This document shows, piece by piece, positions 30,895 to 43,289 of a stretch of 64,000 nucleotides of DNA; the stretch's first letter is position 1, and each line of letters begins with the position of its first letter. The notes under the pieces were generated by a model. The model made no database searches. It had not been told where the DNA came from and saw only the letters and a program-made list of their open reading frames with translations. Origin of the DNA: Prochlorococcus sp. AG-424-P16 (GTDB lineage: Bacteria > Cyanobacteriota > Cyanobacteriia > PCC-6307 > Cyanobiaceae); NCBI GenBank assembly GCA_003213255.1, contig QCNI01000002.1:2508-66507 (forward strand), read 5' to 3'. Made by a program: the position numbers and the translations under genes.

Positions 30895-31287
30895 ATGAGA
30901 GAAAGGTTACTAGGATATTGGGCGCTTTCATGGGTTGGATTAATCAGCAATATAATCGCACTTCCAATAATCGCATTAATAATAAGTTATGGTCCTCCAC
31001 TAAGAGTTGCAAATATAACACTTGCCATTAGTCTTGGTTGGCCTGCTGCGATCGTTGGAATAGTTTCTTCGGCAGCTCTTCTAGCAGAGAGGAGATGGGG
31101 CGTAACTTTAACTTTAGTATCTCTATCAATGGTAATTTCTGGGACGGGTCCTTATTCAGTGGTAAGGCTCATAACTCTTAAAGACATTTTTGGAATTGGT
31201 GGGTTTACACTTTTAACAACATTATTAAGTACATTAGCTCTTCTATATTGGTGTAATCCAAAACATCGAAGAAGTATAAGACTATAA
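30895..31287 (+). CDS. Conserved hypothetical membrane protein
   Basis: About 4 TM helices. Confidence 0.7.
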   Translation: MRERLLGYWALSWVGLISNIIALPIIALIISYGPPLRVANITLAISLGWPAAIVGIVSSAALLAERRWGVTLTLVSLSMVISGTGPYSVVRLITLKDIFGIGGFTLLTTLLSTLALLYWCNPKHRRSIRL

Positions 31288-31295
31288 AATAAAAA

Positions 31296-32765
31296 TCAAG
31301 AAAATGTATTATTCTTGCTTGTTGGATACTGAATTCTTCTATGTCTAATTCTTTTCCAAACATTCAAAAATGCCCTTTTTATAAGAAAAATTTCTCCTTG
31401 TGATAAATTACTATCATCTAATTGCCCATCTATTTGACGTGAGGAGATAATAGTAGATATTGTTTCCAAAGCTTCTTTATCAGATGCATTAATATTCATA
31501 GCTCTTAGTGCTGCTTCACATCCATCTGCGAGCATTAAAATAGCTGTTTCTTTTGACTGAGGAATAGGGCCTTTGTATCTAAAGTAATATTCATTAATAT
31601 CGAGATTTTTTTCTTTAGCTTTTTGAAAAAAATATCCCATTTTTAAGGTACCCTGATGTTCAGGGATAAAATTAGCTATAAGTTTAGGTAGTTTATTTTT
31701 TCTTGCAAATTTCAATCCTTCATCTACGTGTGCCTGTAATACTTCTGCACTTTTAATCGGATCATCTAATTCGTCATGCGGATTTATTAAACCATCCTGA
31801 TTTTCGATAAACCAATTAGGTGCATGTAGTTTACCAATATCATGATACAAAGCTCCAGTTTTAATTAGATCAATATCACCACCAATCATTCTTGTCGCTT
31901 CCTCTGCCAAACCACAGATAAGTAGGGTATGTTCAAAAGTGCCGGGAGCTTCAAGAGATAATCTTCTAATTAAAGGTTTCTCCTTATCAGCCAATTCGAG
32001 TAATCTTGCTTTTGTTAATAATCCGAATACAGACTCAAAAATAGGAATACATAAAATAGTAAAAAGCATTACTATTGCCAACAGGAAGGAATCAGAAAAT
32101 ATATCCCCACCAGCTAAAACAAAATCTTGGTTATTAAGAGTTATCTTATCATTACCCATCAATATCAATTGACTCAAAAACGATCCTATGGGGACAAAAA
32201 TTGATAGTTGAAGTAACTGAGCTCTGCTTCTTATTCTCCCTCCAAGTAGAGATACTATTGAAGAGCATACTAATAAAATAAAAAATAAATTATTATTTAT
32301 AGCAACTGCTGGGTCTGGCCAACTAAAGCTTGCTATTGATACCCAAGCCAAAGCTGTTATGCTTCCCATTCCTTGAGATATTATTAATGCCGGCGGGATA
32401 ATAAAAGATAACGGACTTATTGTTGGAGCTAAGGCTAATTTCATAGCTTGTACTGCTAAAAGAAGAGTAATGATCAAAAAGATTTGTCTTGAAGAAATTG
32501 TGGGATTCTCTTTTTTAGAAACTAATATCAAAATTCCAGAACTAATAAGTATTTCAGTAAAGGTCAAAAGCCATGAAAAAATATCTGCGACATTTAAAGG
32601 CGAACTAAGAAGTAGTTTATAAGAAGAAATTATTGAAATTAAGATACATACTAAAAAAATTATGAGATTATCTATCCTTGAAATCTTAATTGGTTGTTTT
32701 ACTGGAACTTGACTTCGCCTCCACAGATAAAACAATTTCTTAAAGGTAGTTGTGATGTTTTGCAC
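31296..32765 (-). CDS. 7TM-HD (HDIG) phosphohydrolase, PgpH-like
   Basis: Multiple TMs, EAPGTFEH, YHDIGK, FIENQ, EHQGT, LADGCEA. Confidence 0.85.
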   Translation of the reverse strand: MQNITTTFKKLFYLWRRSQVPVKQPIKISRIDNLIIFLVCILISIISSYKLLLSSPLNVADIFSWLLTFTEILISSGILILVSKKENPTISSRQIFLIITLLLAVQAMKLALAPTISPLSFIIPPALIISQGMGSITALAWVSIASFSWPDPAVAINNNLFFILLVCSSIVSLLGGRIRSRAQLLQLSIFVPIGSFLSQLILMGNDKITLNNQDFVLAGGDIFSDSFLLAIVMLFTILCIPIFESVFGLLTKARLLELADKEKPLIRRLSLEAPGTFEHTLLICGLAEEATRMIGGDIDLIKTGALYHDIGKLHAPNWFIENQDGLINPHDELDDPIKSAEVLQAHVDEGLKFARKNKLPKLIANFIPEHQGTLKMGYFFQKAKEKNLDINEYYFRYKGPIPQSKETAILMLADGCEAALRAMNINASDKEALETISTIISSRQIDGQLDDSNLSQGEIFLIKRAFLNVWKRIRHRRIQYPTSKNNTFS

Positions 32766-32839
32766 AGAATATAAATAAATCTATTTGAATAATTTAAAAT
32801 TATAGGCATGCTAGGTGTAAAAAGGAGATGTTTTTCTAA

Positions 32840-33736
32840 ATGTCATTAAAATTAGACGGTAAAAAATTGTCTCTTGAAATTGAAGAAAGATTAAATGACT
32901 ATATCTCTAATAATAAAAAATTTGCAAAAAGATCTCCTGGTTTAGCTGTAATAAGAATAGGTGATGATCCTGCCAGTGGGGTTTACGTTAGTAACAAGGA
33001 AAAAGCATGTTCAAGGATTGGAATAAAGAGCTTTGTCTTTCATCTAAGAGATAGTGTAGAGCAAAAAGAAGTTGAACAATTAATATTCAAACTTAATTCT
33101 GATAATGATATTGATGGCATGTTGCTACAACTTCCCATCCCAAAAAAGTTTGATGAGCAGAAACTTATCAGCCATATTAATCCGAGTAAAGATGTAGATG
33201 GATTAAATGAGATAAACATTGGCAAATTAGTGAAAAATGAGCCTGCGATGAGATCATGTACTCCTGCAGGAATTATTAATTTATTAAGATCCCAAAATAT
33301 TACAATTGAAGGTAAGAAAATTGTTGTTATTGGAAGAAGTTTGCTTGTTGGGAAACCCCTATCACTTATGTTGTTGAATTTAAATGGCACCGTAACAATG
33401 ACTCATTCAAAAACGTTGAATTTGAATAAAGTCTGTAGAGAAGCCGATATCCTAATTGCGGCAGCAGGAAAACCCAACCTTGTAGATTCGAGTTTTGTGA
33501 AAGAAGGAGCAGTAATTATTGATGTTGGAATACATAGATTAAAAAGTTCCGATAAAAATCAAACCAGATTATGTGGCGATGTATTATTAGAAGATGTCAT
33601 TTCTAAAGTATTTGCTTACACACCTGTACCAGGAGGTGTTGGGCCAATGACAGTAACAATGTTACTTGTAAATACTATTTTTAGCTGGCAAAAACAATTT
33701 GGTTTATCATCAACTCTTAATGACCTTTTGCCATAA
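32840..33736 (+). CDS. folD: Methylenetetrahydrofolate dehydrogenase/cyclohydrolase
   Basis: [25 protein letters not shown]. Confidence 0.96.
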   Translation: MSLKLDGKKLSLEIEERLNDYISNNKKFAKRSPGLAVIRIGDDPASGVYVSNKEKACSRIGIKSFVFHLRDSVEQKEVEQLIFKLNSDNDIDGMLLQLPIPKKFDEQKLISHINPSKDVDGLNEINIGKLVKNEPAMRSCTPAGIINLLRSQNITIEGKKIVVIGRSLLVGKPLSLMLLNLNGTVTMTHSKTLNLNKVCREADILIAAAGKPNLVDSSFVKEGAVIIDVGIHRLKSSDKNQTRLCGDVLLEDVISKVFAYTPVPGGVGPMTVTMLLVNTIFSWQKQFGLSSTLNDLLP

Positions 33737-33773
33737 ACTCTAAGATGAAAAAAATTTTTACTAAAGATATAAA

Positions 33774-34676
33774 ATGACTGAAGTTATAAATAATATTTCT
33801 GATTTTGAAAAGTATCTTAAAAAAACAAAAAAAGTTGTAGAAGAGGCTCTTGATTTTTCATTGGGGCCTGAGAATCCAGAAACATTAAGAGAATCAATGA
33901 GATATTCCCTTTTAGCTGGAGGGAAAAGAATACGTCCAATTTTATGTTTAGCATCTTGCTCACTTGCTGGAGGAGATCCCTCTCTTGCTGTTCCTACTGC
34001 AGTAGCGATAGAAATGATCCATACAATGTCCTTGATTCATGATGATCTGCCCGCTATGGATAATGATGACTTGAGGAGAGGTAGGCCGACAAATCATAAA
34101 GTATATGGGGATGCAATAGCTATTCTTGCAGGTGATGCTTTATTAACAAGGGCCTTTGAAATGGTCTCTTTAAGAAGCCCTGGAGTTGATCCAAATAGAT
34201 TATTAAATGTAGTTGGCGAATTATCCCTAGTTGCTGGTGCACCAGGCCTGGTCGGGGGACAAGTTGTTGATTTAGAATGCGAAGGTAAAGAAGTCGACCT
34301 TAAAACTCTCGAATATATTCATCTTCATAAGACTGGGGCTTTGTTAAAGGCTTGCGTAAGAACAGGCGCAATGATCGCAGGCGCAAACGAAAAACTATTA
34401 CAAGCTCTAACAACATATGCAGAGGGAATTGGATTAGCTTTCCAAATAATAGATGATATTCTTGATTTAACCTCCAGCAGTGAAAAGCTTGGTAAAACTG
34501 CCGGTAAAGATCTTTTAGCTGACAAAACTACTTACCCTAAATTACTTGGGATGGAGGAGTCAAAGAAAAGAGCATTTGATTTAGTTGAAAAATCAAAAAA
34601 AGCAATTGAACCATGGGGTCCAGATGCAAAATATCTTTTATCTCTAGCCGACTTTATTACAAATAGAGACAGATAA
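33774..34676 (+). CDS. crtE: Geranylgeranyl diphosphate synthase
   Basis: [23 protein letters not shown]. Confidence 0.94.
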   Translation: MTEVINNISDFEKYLKKTKKVVEEALDFSLGPENPETLRESMRYSLLAGGKRIRPILCLASCSLAGGDPSLAVPTAVAIEMIHTMSLIHDDLPAMDNDDLRRGRPTNHKVYGDAIAILAGDALLTRAFEMVSLRSPGVDPNRLLNVVGELSLVAGAPGLVGGQVVDLECEGKEVDLKTLEYIHLHKTGALLKACVRTGAMIAGANEKLLQALTTYAEGIGLAFQIIDDILDLTSSSEKLGKTAGKDLLADKTTYPKLLGMEESKKRAFDLVEKSKKAIEPWGPDAKYLLSLADFITNRDR

Positions 34677-34688
34677 ATAGTTTGATTT

Positions 34689-35168
34689 ATGTCTGAGTTT
34701 TTTGCCTTTTTTAACAATTCAGTTCTTTTCTGGAGTTTATTATCCTGTATACTTGCTCAATTTTTTAAAATCATATTCAATTTTTTATCAAATGGAGAGA
34801 TAAGATTCGGGATTATGTTTGAGACTGGTGGTATGCCCTCAAGTCATTCCGCATTAATAACTGGTGCTACATCTGGTATAGGTTATGAATTGGGATTTGA
34901 TAGTTCAATATTTGCATTATCAGTTGCTGTAGCACTAATAGTTATGTATGACGCTAGTGGTGTTCGAAAATCAGCTGGGATTCAAGCTGCAGAAATCAAT
35001 AAACTATCAAAAAAACTAGACCCTAAATCTGAATTACTTTTAAAAGAAACCTTGGGTCATACAAAAATTGAAGTCATAGTGGGAAGTTTTTTAGGACCAT
35101 TAATTACTTTGCCTGGCATGTTTTTTTTAGGTTCACCTCTAAAAATATTTGATTTGATAATAAATTAA
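34689..35168 (+). CDS. Divergent PAP2 family protein (DUF212)
   Basis: GGMPSSHSA, MYDASGVR, LGHT. Confidence 0.88.
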   Translation: MSEFFAFFNNSVLFWSLLSCILAQFFKIIFNFLSNGEIRFGIMFETGGMPSSHSALITGATSGIGYELGFDSSIFALSVAVALIVMYDASGVRKSAGIQAAEINKLSKKLDPKSELLLKETLGHTKIEVIVGSFLGPLITLPGMFFLGSPLKIFDLIIN

Positions 35169-35176
35169 GAATCCTT

Positions 35177-36556
35177 TTAAAAACTAATTTGGGTTGCATC
35201 TATAAAGTTTTTTGCGACTTTTGGAGAACTTGGCAAATGTAAGTGAATCCAACTTGCATGCAATTTTTGATCAAAAAAACCTTCATTTTTATATTCAGTT
35301 TCCCAAGATTTAATTTTCCATGGGGAAGAAAGTTTCATATGATGCTCAGCTTTTCTTTCATCAAGTTCAGATAAATTATTTTCAATTTCCCAATAATGAA
35401 ATTCATGTCCTCTAATTAATTGATTTTGTCTAATGATCGGAGTGTCTTTTAGACCTTCAATGTATCTATAACCTACTGTGAGCTTACTTTTTTTTGATCT
35501 AAAAGGAAGGATCCCACTCATTTTATGATTATTACCACTTTCATCTTTTATAAAGTCTCCTAAAATCATCATCCCTCCGCACTCAGCATATATAAATCCA
35601 TTTTCGCGGAATTTCCTTAACGAATTTAAGCTTTTTTTAGAGTTACTTATATGCTCAGCATATTTTTCAGGGAACCCCCCAGGAATAATTAAAGAAGAAG
35701 CCTCCTTAGGTATCTCTTCATCATCATAAATACTCCATGAAATCAATGGAATACCTGCTTCACTCAAAAACTCCTTAGTTTCAGGGTATTGAAAATGAAA
35801 GATTTTATCTTCTGCAATTGCAATAGGTTTACTTTTTTCAATTTTAAAGTCTTCAAAACTAGCAGAATTAAACATTTTCTTTTGAGGAGATTTCAGGAAT
35901 TTAATAAGAGAAAATAAATCAAGATTTCTTTCCGCATAATTAGCAAAATATTCAATATCAATTTGTTGCCCATTATCCAAGGGAGAAATCAAACCTAAAT
36001 TAGATTTGTTTAAAGTTATTTTTGAATCAGACGGCAAAAAACCAAGAATTTCGATATCTTCATTTTTAAAAACTTCTTCAATTAATTTTTTATGTCTATC
36101 TGAATTAACGTTATTGAAAATAATCCCTGCTATTGACAATTCACTATCAAAATCTTTAAAACCTCGAACAGTCGCTAAAAGAGAAGCTACTTGACCTCTA
36201 GCATTAACAATAAAAATTACTGGAGCATTGAGAAGTTTAGATATATTTGCTGTGCTTGAATAGGTTGTTGCTCCTAACCCATCAAATAGACCCATTGCTC
36301 CTTCAATCAATGAGAATTCATATTTCAAAGAATGTTTAAAAAAACTTTCTTGAACCCATTCCTCACCATTTAAAAAAATATCTAAATTCCTACAAATAGG
36401 TTGGCCAATGGAGCTAAGTTGTTGTTGATCAAGATAATCTGGGCCAACCTTGAAAGTTTGTATCTTTATACCTTTTGAGAACGCCCAACAAGATACCAAA
36501 AGGGATAGTGTAGTTTTCCCACTATCAGTTGAAGGAGAAGATATTACACAAGGCAT
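35177..36556 (-). CDS. cobB: Cobyrinate a,c-diamide synthase
   Basis: SGKT, KVGPDYLD, EGAMGLFDG, YAECGG, GHEFH. Confidence 0.92.
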   Translation of the reverse strand: MPCVISSPSTDSGKTTLSLLVSCWAFSKGIKIQTFKVGPDYLDQQQLSSIGQPICRNLDIFLNGEEWVQESFFKHSLKYEFSLIEGAMGLFDGLGATTYSSTANISKLLNAPVIFIVNARGQVASLLATVRGFKDFDSELSIAGIIFNNVNSDRHKKLIEEVFKNEDIEILGFLPSDSKITLNKSNLGLISPLDNGQQIDIEYFANYAERNLDLFSLIKFLKSPQKKMFNSASFEDFKIEKSKPIAIAEDKIFHFQYPETKEFLSEAGIPLISWSIYDDEEIPKEASSLIIPGGFPEKYAEHISNSKKSLNSLRKFRENGFIYAECGGMMILGDFIKDESGNNHKMSGILPFRSKKSKLTVGYRYIEGLKDTPIIRQNQLIRGHEFHYWEIENNLSELDERKAEHHMKLSSPWKIKSWETEYKNEGFFDQKLHASWIHLHLPSSPKVAKNFIDATQISF

Positions 36557-36559
36557 TAA

Positions 36560-37861
36560 TTAGTTTTTAAAACCATTAAATATTTGAAGGGCTATTTTAA
36601 TAGAATTTTCAAAAAGAGGGCTTGTATTACCTCTACTACTACCCAATAATTTACTAACGTCATACTCTGATGAAGAAAAAGAATTTGGAACAACTTGCTC
36701 TATTAATTCCATATTAGCCATTCCCCCTGCTTCAAGTCTCATACATTCCACTGATTCACAGCCAAGTATTACACAAGTGTTATTTTTTTGAACCTCACTA
36801 ATTCTTGAAATCAACCTCAATCCAATCACTTGTCCTGAATGAATACTTGGATTCCCCAAAGATAAAGGATTAATTGACGCAGAAATTATTTCGCCATTAA
36901 TTCTTTCAAACTCTATTTTTGTTGATTCCGTATCCCTTTCAACTCTTAGAAAAGACCAACCAAGTTTATCGCTAATCCATGAGATCAAAAACAAAGCTTG
37001 AATCATATGATCGCCTGCGATATCAATATCAACATCAGTAATATGATCTAAGATTGGTCTTCTCGAAGGCGGATCAAAAATCATTGCCAATGATTCCCTC
37101 CAATTTTTCAACCTAACCCAATTTAAATCATTAATAGCTTTGTCTGAATTATTTAATTGATCTAAAACTTTTAAACATCTGTATGGCGATCCAAGAGCAG
37201 TATCAATTATTAACCTTAGACCATAATTAGTAAAATATTCGAAGATTTCAGGTGACTCATCCAAGCTTCCATTCCACCACAACCATGAAGGTAATTCATC
37301 AATAGATAATTCATCAATTATTTTTAATCCTTTATTGGATATTGAGGCTGAGTCTCCCCTAATAACTACTAAATCCCCACAGATAGGTTGCATAGCTGGA
37401 GTATCACTTAATGGACAATAAGCGGATACAAAAGTTTTGATATCTGAATTTTTATTTAACGTTGGCGCTAGAGTTATTAATCTTCTTGGATTCAATGTAC
37501 TTATTGATGATTCAAAAAATTGTCCTCTAAAGTCTTCAAAGTCTTTATTAGATAAATTTCCCTTCAATAAATTCAATAATTCTTCACTATTAAGGGATGT
37601 AGTGATTGGTAGTCCCTGATCTAATATGAACTTTTTAGCAACTTCAATTATCTCAGGACTTAAATTTCCAGTAATTGGTCCATTTACTAATCCTTTTTGA
37701 ACCAAACATTGTTCTAGCCAAGCAGGCTGCCAGACCATTAGTGTAAAAGTATTAGCTCCAGTATTATCTTTATCTTCTGAAACCCATAATTTATTAAGGT
37801 AATTAGAAATCTCCTTATAAGGCAGCTCTAGCGGGGTTTGAAGTGTAAGTTGAGGTTTCAT
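36560..37861 (-). CDS. opcA: Glucose-6-phosphate dehydrogenase allosteric effector
   Basis: Directly downstream of zwf; AYCP, LWWNG, DLNW. Confidence 0.92.
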   Translation of the reverse strand: MKPQLTLQTPLELPYKEISNYLNKLWVSEDKDNTGANTFTLMVWQPAWLEQCLVQKGLVNGPITGNLSPEIIEVAKKFILDQGLPITTSLNSEELLNLLKGNLSNKDFEDFRGQFFESSISTLNPRRLITLAPTLNKNSDIKTFVSAYCPLSDTPAMQPICGDLVVIRGDSASISNKGLKIIDELSIDELPSWLWWNGSLDESPEIFEYFTNYGLRLIIDTALGSPYRCLKVLDQLNNSDKAINDLNWVRLKNWRESLAMIFDPPSRRPILDHITDVDIDIAGDHMIQALFLISWISDKLGWSFLRVERDTESTKIEFERINGEIISASINPLSLGNPSIHSGQVIGLRLISRISEVQKNNTCVILGCESVECMRLEAGGMANMELIEQVVPNSFSSSEYDVSKLLGSSRGNTSPLFENSIKIALQIFNGFKN

Positions 37862-37863
37862 TT

Positions 37864-39387
37864 TTAAGGTCTACGCCAGAAAATATTATCTTTTGAGAGT
37901 AATTGATCAGATTCAGGAGGTCCCCACGTCATGGATTCATAATTATAGATAGGCAACTTCCAAGGAGAATTATCCATCAATTCTATTAAAGGGGTATAAA
38001 GTTTCCAAGCTGCCTCTACTTCATCGCTTCGAGTAAATAAGGTTGGGTCAGAAAGCATTGCATCCGCTAATAATCTTACATAGCCTTCATCTGATGGTTC
38101 TCCAAATGATTCATCATAAGAAAATTCCATTTCAACAGGTCTTGATTTCATTCCAGAACCGGGAGATTTTACCTCAAACTTGAAAGTCGCCCCTTCATTT
38201 GGCTGAATTCTAAGGATAAGTTGATTTGGGGCAGGATTTATTATTGTTGATTCAAATAAATGAACAGGAACGTCTTTAAAAGTCAAGACTATTTCTCCAA
38301 GTCTTTTAGGAAGTCTTTTACCTGTTCTCAAATAAAATGGAACACCTTGCCAACGCCAGTTATCAACGAAAACTTTTGTCGCGATATAAGTTTCTGTTGT
38401 GCTATTGGAATTAACACCATCTTCCTGCCTATATCCTTTCAGTTGATTTGAAATATTCCCTCCCTCTCCATATTGACCTCTTATGCAACAATTCCACGGT
38501 TCATTTTCGTCAGCAAGTTTTGAAGCTTGAAGAACCTTAGCTTTTTCATTTCTAATTGCTTCTGGCTCAAACTTCCCAGGAGGTTCCATAGCAGTAACAG
38601 CAAGCATTTGGGTCATATGGTTTTGAAGCATATCCCTTAAAGCACCTGAGCTTTCGTAATAACCTGCCCTATCTTCTACACCCACTGTTTCAGATGAAGT
38701 AATTTGAACACTTGATATATAATTTCTGTTCCAGATTGGTTCAAAAATAGTGTTAGCAAACCTCAAAACAAGAATATTTTGAACTGTCTCTTTACCTAAA
38801 TAATGATCAATCCTATAAATCTGATTTTCTTCGGCACAACTTTGAACGATCTTATTCAATTTTTTTGCACTTGAATAATCTCTTCCAAAAGGTTTTTCAA
38901 TCACTAAACGACTTTTCTTGGGGTCATCTAAAAGGCCAACTTCTTTAAGAGCTTTACATCCACTTGCATAGAAATTCGGAGATACTGATAAATAAAATGT
39001 TCTATTACCATGAGTAGCTTGTTTTTTATCAATTTCATTTAATCTTTTAGAAAGCCTTACGACATGATCACTTTGTTGTAAGTCAACAGGTTCATAGAAA
39101 AGGTAATTAGAAAATTCTTCCCACTCGGTTTCTTTACCAGATATTTTATTTGATAGCTTTACTTTCATCTTTTCTCTAAACTCATTATCAGTCCAAGGTC
39201 TTCTCGCACAACCAACTATTCCAAATTCACTAGGAATTCTTCTTTGTAAATAGAGTTCAAATAAGGCTGGTATTAATTTTCTATGAGTAAGGTCTCCACT
39301 AGCACCAAATATTACCAAGCATTGTGGAGATATGACTCTTTCCTGACGTAAGCCTAATCTTAGAGGATTACTTAAAGTTGAAGGCAT
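37864..39387 (-). CDS. zwf: Glucose-6-phosphate 1-dehydrogenase
   Basis: GASGDL, RIDHYLGKE. Confidence 0.97.
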   Translation of the reverse strand: MPSTLSNPLRLGLRQERVISPQCLVIFGASGDLTHRKLIPALFELYLQRRIPSEFGIVGCARRPWTDNEFREKMKVKLSNKISGKETEWEEFSNYLFYEPVDLQQSDHVVRLSKRLNEIDKKQATHGNRTFYLSVSPNFYASGCKALKEVGLLDDPKKSRLVIEKPFGRDYSSAKKLNKIVQSCAEENQIYRIDHYLGKETVQNILVLRFANTIFEPIWNRNYISSVQITSSETVGVEDRAGYYESSGALRDMLQNHMTQMLAVTAMEPPGKFEPEAIRNEKAKVLQASKLADENEPWNCCIRGQYGEGGNISNQLKGYRQEDGVNSNSTTETYIATKVFVDNWRWQGVPFYLRTGKRLPKRLGEIVLTFKDVPVHLFESTIINPAPNQLILRIQPNEGATFKFEVKSPGSGMKSRPVEMEFSYDESFGEPSDEGYVRLLADAMLSDPTLFTRSDEVEAAWKLYTPLIELMDNSPWKLPIYNYESMTWGPPESDQLLSKDNIFWRRP

Positions 39388-39496
39388 ATTTTTAGTATTC
39401 TTTATTTAAAATCCTCTTTTTTTCAAATATTAGCTACATATTGTGTCTAAACCAAAAAGTATTTAAAAAGTTAAAGTTAAATTTAAATATCAAAGT

Positions 39497-40726
<1,230 letters not shown>

Positions 40727-40788
40727 TTATTGTTTTTATCTGTATAGTTACACAGAAATAATTTTTTATCTAATTAAAAAATTCATTT

Positions 40789-41325
40789 ATGAATAATCCT
40801 CAAAAATCACTAGATCGTACTAAAAGTAATGAATACAGGACAATTGAGCAAACAATGGAAAAGCTTTCTGGTGGAACAAGAAGACTTGCCGCTCAACTTA
40901 CAACCTCTGCGAGTTTTGATTCTTTGTGGAATGTTTTAACAGATTATGATCGACTTAATATTTACATACCAAATTTACTTTCAAGCAAAAAAATATATCA
41001 AAAGAACAATAATGTACACCTTAGACAAGTTGGAGCTCAGGATTTTCTTGGTATGAAATTTTCAGCTGAAGTAACTATCGATTTATTCGAAGATAAAGAG
41101 CTTGGCCTTTTAAAGTTCAGTTTAATTAAAGGGGATTTCAGAAAATTTGAAGGTAGTTGGAAAATTCAAAATATTAAAGATACTTCAAAAAATTCATTAA
41201 TTTACGATCTTACTGTTCAAGGTTGTCAATGGATGCCTATAGGAATGATAGAAAAAAGACTAAAAAAAGATCTTTCAGAAAATTTGATTGCCGTAGATAG
41301 GCAAGCAAAATTATCAATAAATTAG
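40789..41325 (+). CDS. SRPBCC/START-like cyclase-dehydrase family protein
   Basis: LWNVLTDYD..IPNL, GDFRKFEGSW. Confidence 0.85.
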   Translation: MNNPQKSLDRTKSNEYRTIEQTMEKLSGGTRRLAAQLTTSASFDSLWNVLTDYDRLNIYIPNLLSSKKIYQKNNNVHLRQVGAQDFLGMKFSAEVTIDLFEDKELGLLKFSLIKGDFRKFEGSWKIQNIKDTSKNSLIYDLTVQGCQWMPIGMIEKRLKKDLSENLIAVDRQAKLSIN

Positions 41326-41341
41326 TTTAATTTTCAGATAA

Positions 41342-41414
41342 TAGCCCCAAGGGGATTCGAACCCCTGTCGCCTCCGTGAAAGGGAGGTGTCCTAGGCCTC
41401 TAGACGATGGGGCC
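41342..41414 (-). tRNA. trnE: tRNA-Glu (anticodon TTC), CCA not encoded
   Basis: Reverse complement GGCCCCATCGTCTAGAGGCCTAGGACACCTCCCTTTCACGGAGGCGACAGGGGTTCGAATCCCCTTGGGGCTA folds as a cloverleaf. Confidence 0.97.
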
Positions 41415-41455
41415 AGGAAATTAGCGTAACAGCTTATTAAAAACTAAGAGTAAAG

Positions 41456-42607
41456 CTAGCCTTTCGTCAAGTAATGTTGCTCTTTGTTTTGTCCTTGCCA
41501 CACAGGAACTGTGAAATGAAAGCAGGAACCTACACCAATTTCAGATACGACCCATATTCTTCCTCCATGGACTTGCACTATTCTCCTGCATACTGATAAC
41601 CCTATGCCAAATCCAGAAGTTCCTTCAGAAGTCTGCGGAAGTCTTACCCTATCAAGAAAAATTCTTTTTTGTTCGCTCAAAGGAATACCAGCACCTTTGT
41701 CACAAATTGTTATTTCTACCCATTGATTTGTCTTGTGAATCATGGTGATTTTTATAGATCCAGAGTCCCTAGAAAATTTAATAGCATTTTCAATTAAATT
41801 TAAAAATACTTGCCTCATTCTTCTTTGATCTGCAAATACACTTGGTAGATCAGATGGAATATCAGTATCAATTTCAATATTCCTTAATCTCCAGAATTTT
41901 TCTAATTCGAGTATTACTTCAGCACTAATATTACCTAAATCAATTTTCTGAGGATTAAATAAAGCTTCCCATTTGGTTGTTCCAACCTCTAATAGATCCT
42001 GAGATAAGAGTTCAATCTCTTCTAGACGTCTTTTAATTACCTCTTGCAATTTTGAAATGTCTATTTGTCCAAGTTTTTGACTTTGAACAGCCAAAGTAGC
42101 AGCCGTTAAAGGTGTCCTTAATTCATGCGCGACCATTCTTAATAATCTCTCCTGAGACTCTATCCTTTTCGTTAAAGTCTCATTTTCTTGTCTTAAAACG
42201 AGAAGTTCGTCTTCCAATAGAAATTCTTTTTGAGTCCTTATTGAATCAATTTTAGATGGTTGCAAATTAATCCCAAGGTTTTTTGTTAAGCCTTCCTGTG
42301 TCCATCTTGGCAACCACTTTTGCAACTGAGAAAATATATTACTTCCAGCAAATATTTGTTTTGGAGCTGGAGAAACTTTTATAAGAGCAGGAATAGCGAC
42401 TAATCTATGTAATTCAAGTAATTCTGGTTGCTCTGTGGGGTCAGAAATCTGGAGAGATATCTCAAATTCACAATCATCTGATTCTAAATAAGAGATTAGG
42501 GACTTAATATCATTACTAGAAAGTTGATTTCTAGCTGCCACAAGTATTAATTTTAACTCTTTTTTATCATTCAAATGATTTCCTCTGAAGTGTTGAAAAG
42601 CTGTCAA
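41456..42607 (-). CDS. sasA: Clock-associated sensor histidine kinase SasA (start codon uncertain)
   Basis: KaiB-like N-terminus ([14 protein letters not shown]), [10 protein letters not shown] and G boxes. Confidence 0.9.
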   Translation of the reverse strand: MTAFQHFRGNHLNDKKELKLILVAARNQLSSNDIKSLISYLESDDCEFEISLQISDPTEQPELLELHRLVAIPALIKVSPAPKQIFAGSNIFSQLQKWLPRWTQEGLTKNLGINLQPSKIDSIRTQKEFLLEDELLVLRQENETLTKRIESQERLLRMVAHELRTPLTAATLAVQSQKLGQIDISKLQEVIKRRLEEIELLSQDLLEVGTTKWEALFNPQKIDLGNISAEVILELEKFWRLRNIEIDTDIPSDLPSVFADQRRMRQVFLNLIENAIKFSRDSGSIKITMIHKTNQWVEITICDKGAGIPLSEQKRIFLDRVRLPQTSEGTSGFGIGLSVCRRIVQVHGGRIWVVSEIGVGSCFHFTVPVWQGQNKEQHYLTKG

Positions 42608-42680
42608 TCCTTATAAACACCTTAAGATATTTTTTTTTATTTTACAGATAAGCTATTAAATAAATAGGACTTATTTATAT

Positions 42681-43220
42681 ATGGTTGCTATTAATCCAAA
42701 GAAAAATTTACATTTTGGTGAAAACCCTCCTGAAATCAACTTAAATAGTAATTTAAAAAGGTGGTTTTCTAGGAATATCGGATTGTGGAAATCTAATAGA
42801 ACTTATTTTCTTGATGAAGCACAAAAAACTTATAATTTAAGTATGAATATAAATATTCAGGCTCTAGAGAGTAAATCCGAATGGGAGTCGCATTATAAGT
42901 TTACTTGGTATCCAGAAAAAAAATATAATTTCTTTGACGAAAATCCCCAGTATAAAGAACGAGGAGAGATGCATGCATTTTTAAAAGGCCATCAACTAAA
43001 GAGGGAAAATTTTTATTTAAGTGATGATGAAGGCATCTCAAATATTAGACAAGTCGACGAACACGAAATGATTTTCGAATCTTCTTACAAAGATTGGTAT
43101 ATCCTTGAACATACCAGACTTTTAGATTCTGATAATTACAGATTTAGGGTTATATATTCATGGAACAAAAATATCTTGAAAATAGTAGAAAATCATCACG
43201 AAATTAAAACTATTAAATAA
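42681..43220 (+). CDS. Hypothetical protein, possibly CpcS/CpeS-like bilin lyase fold
   Basis: WFSRNIGLWKSNRTY resembles the CpcS N-terminal motif; beta-rich. Confidence 0.5.
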   Translation: MVAINPKKNLHFGENPPEINLNSNLKRWFSRNIGLWKSNRTYFLDEAQKTYNLSMNINIQALESKSEWESHYKFTWYPEKKYNFFDENPQYKERGEMHAFLKGHQLKRENFYLSDDEGISNIRQVDEHEMIFESSYKDWYILEHTRLLDSDNYRFRVIYSWNKNILKIVENHHEIKTIK

Positions 43221-43289
43221 ATTTATTTTCATATTTAGTTTAAAAAATAAAATGGTATCTTTAATATAAGAATTAAAAATGAATCAAAT

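Noticed and set aside
41342-41460. tRNA-Glu as an island integration site
   Set aside because: Flanked by core-type genes; no integrase or duplicated tRNA 3' end seen
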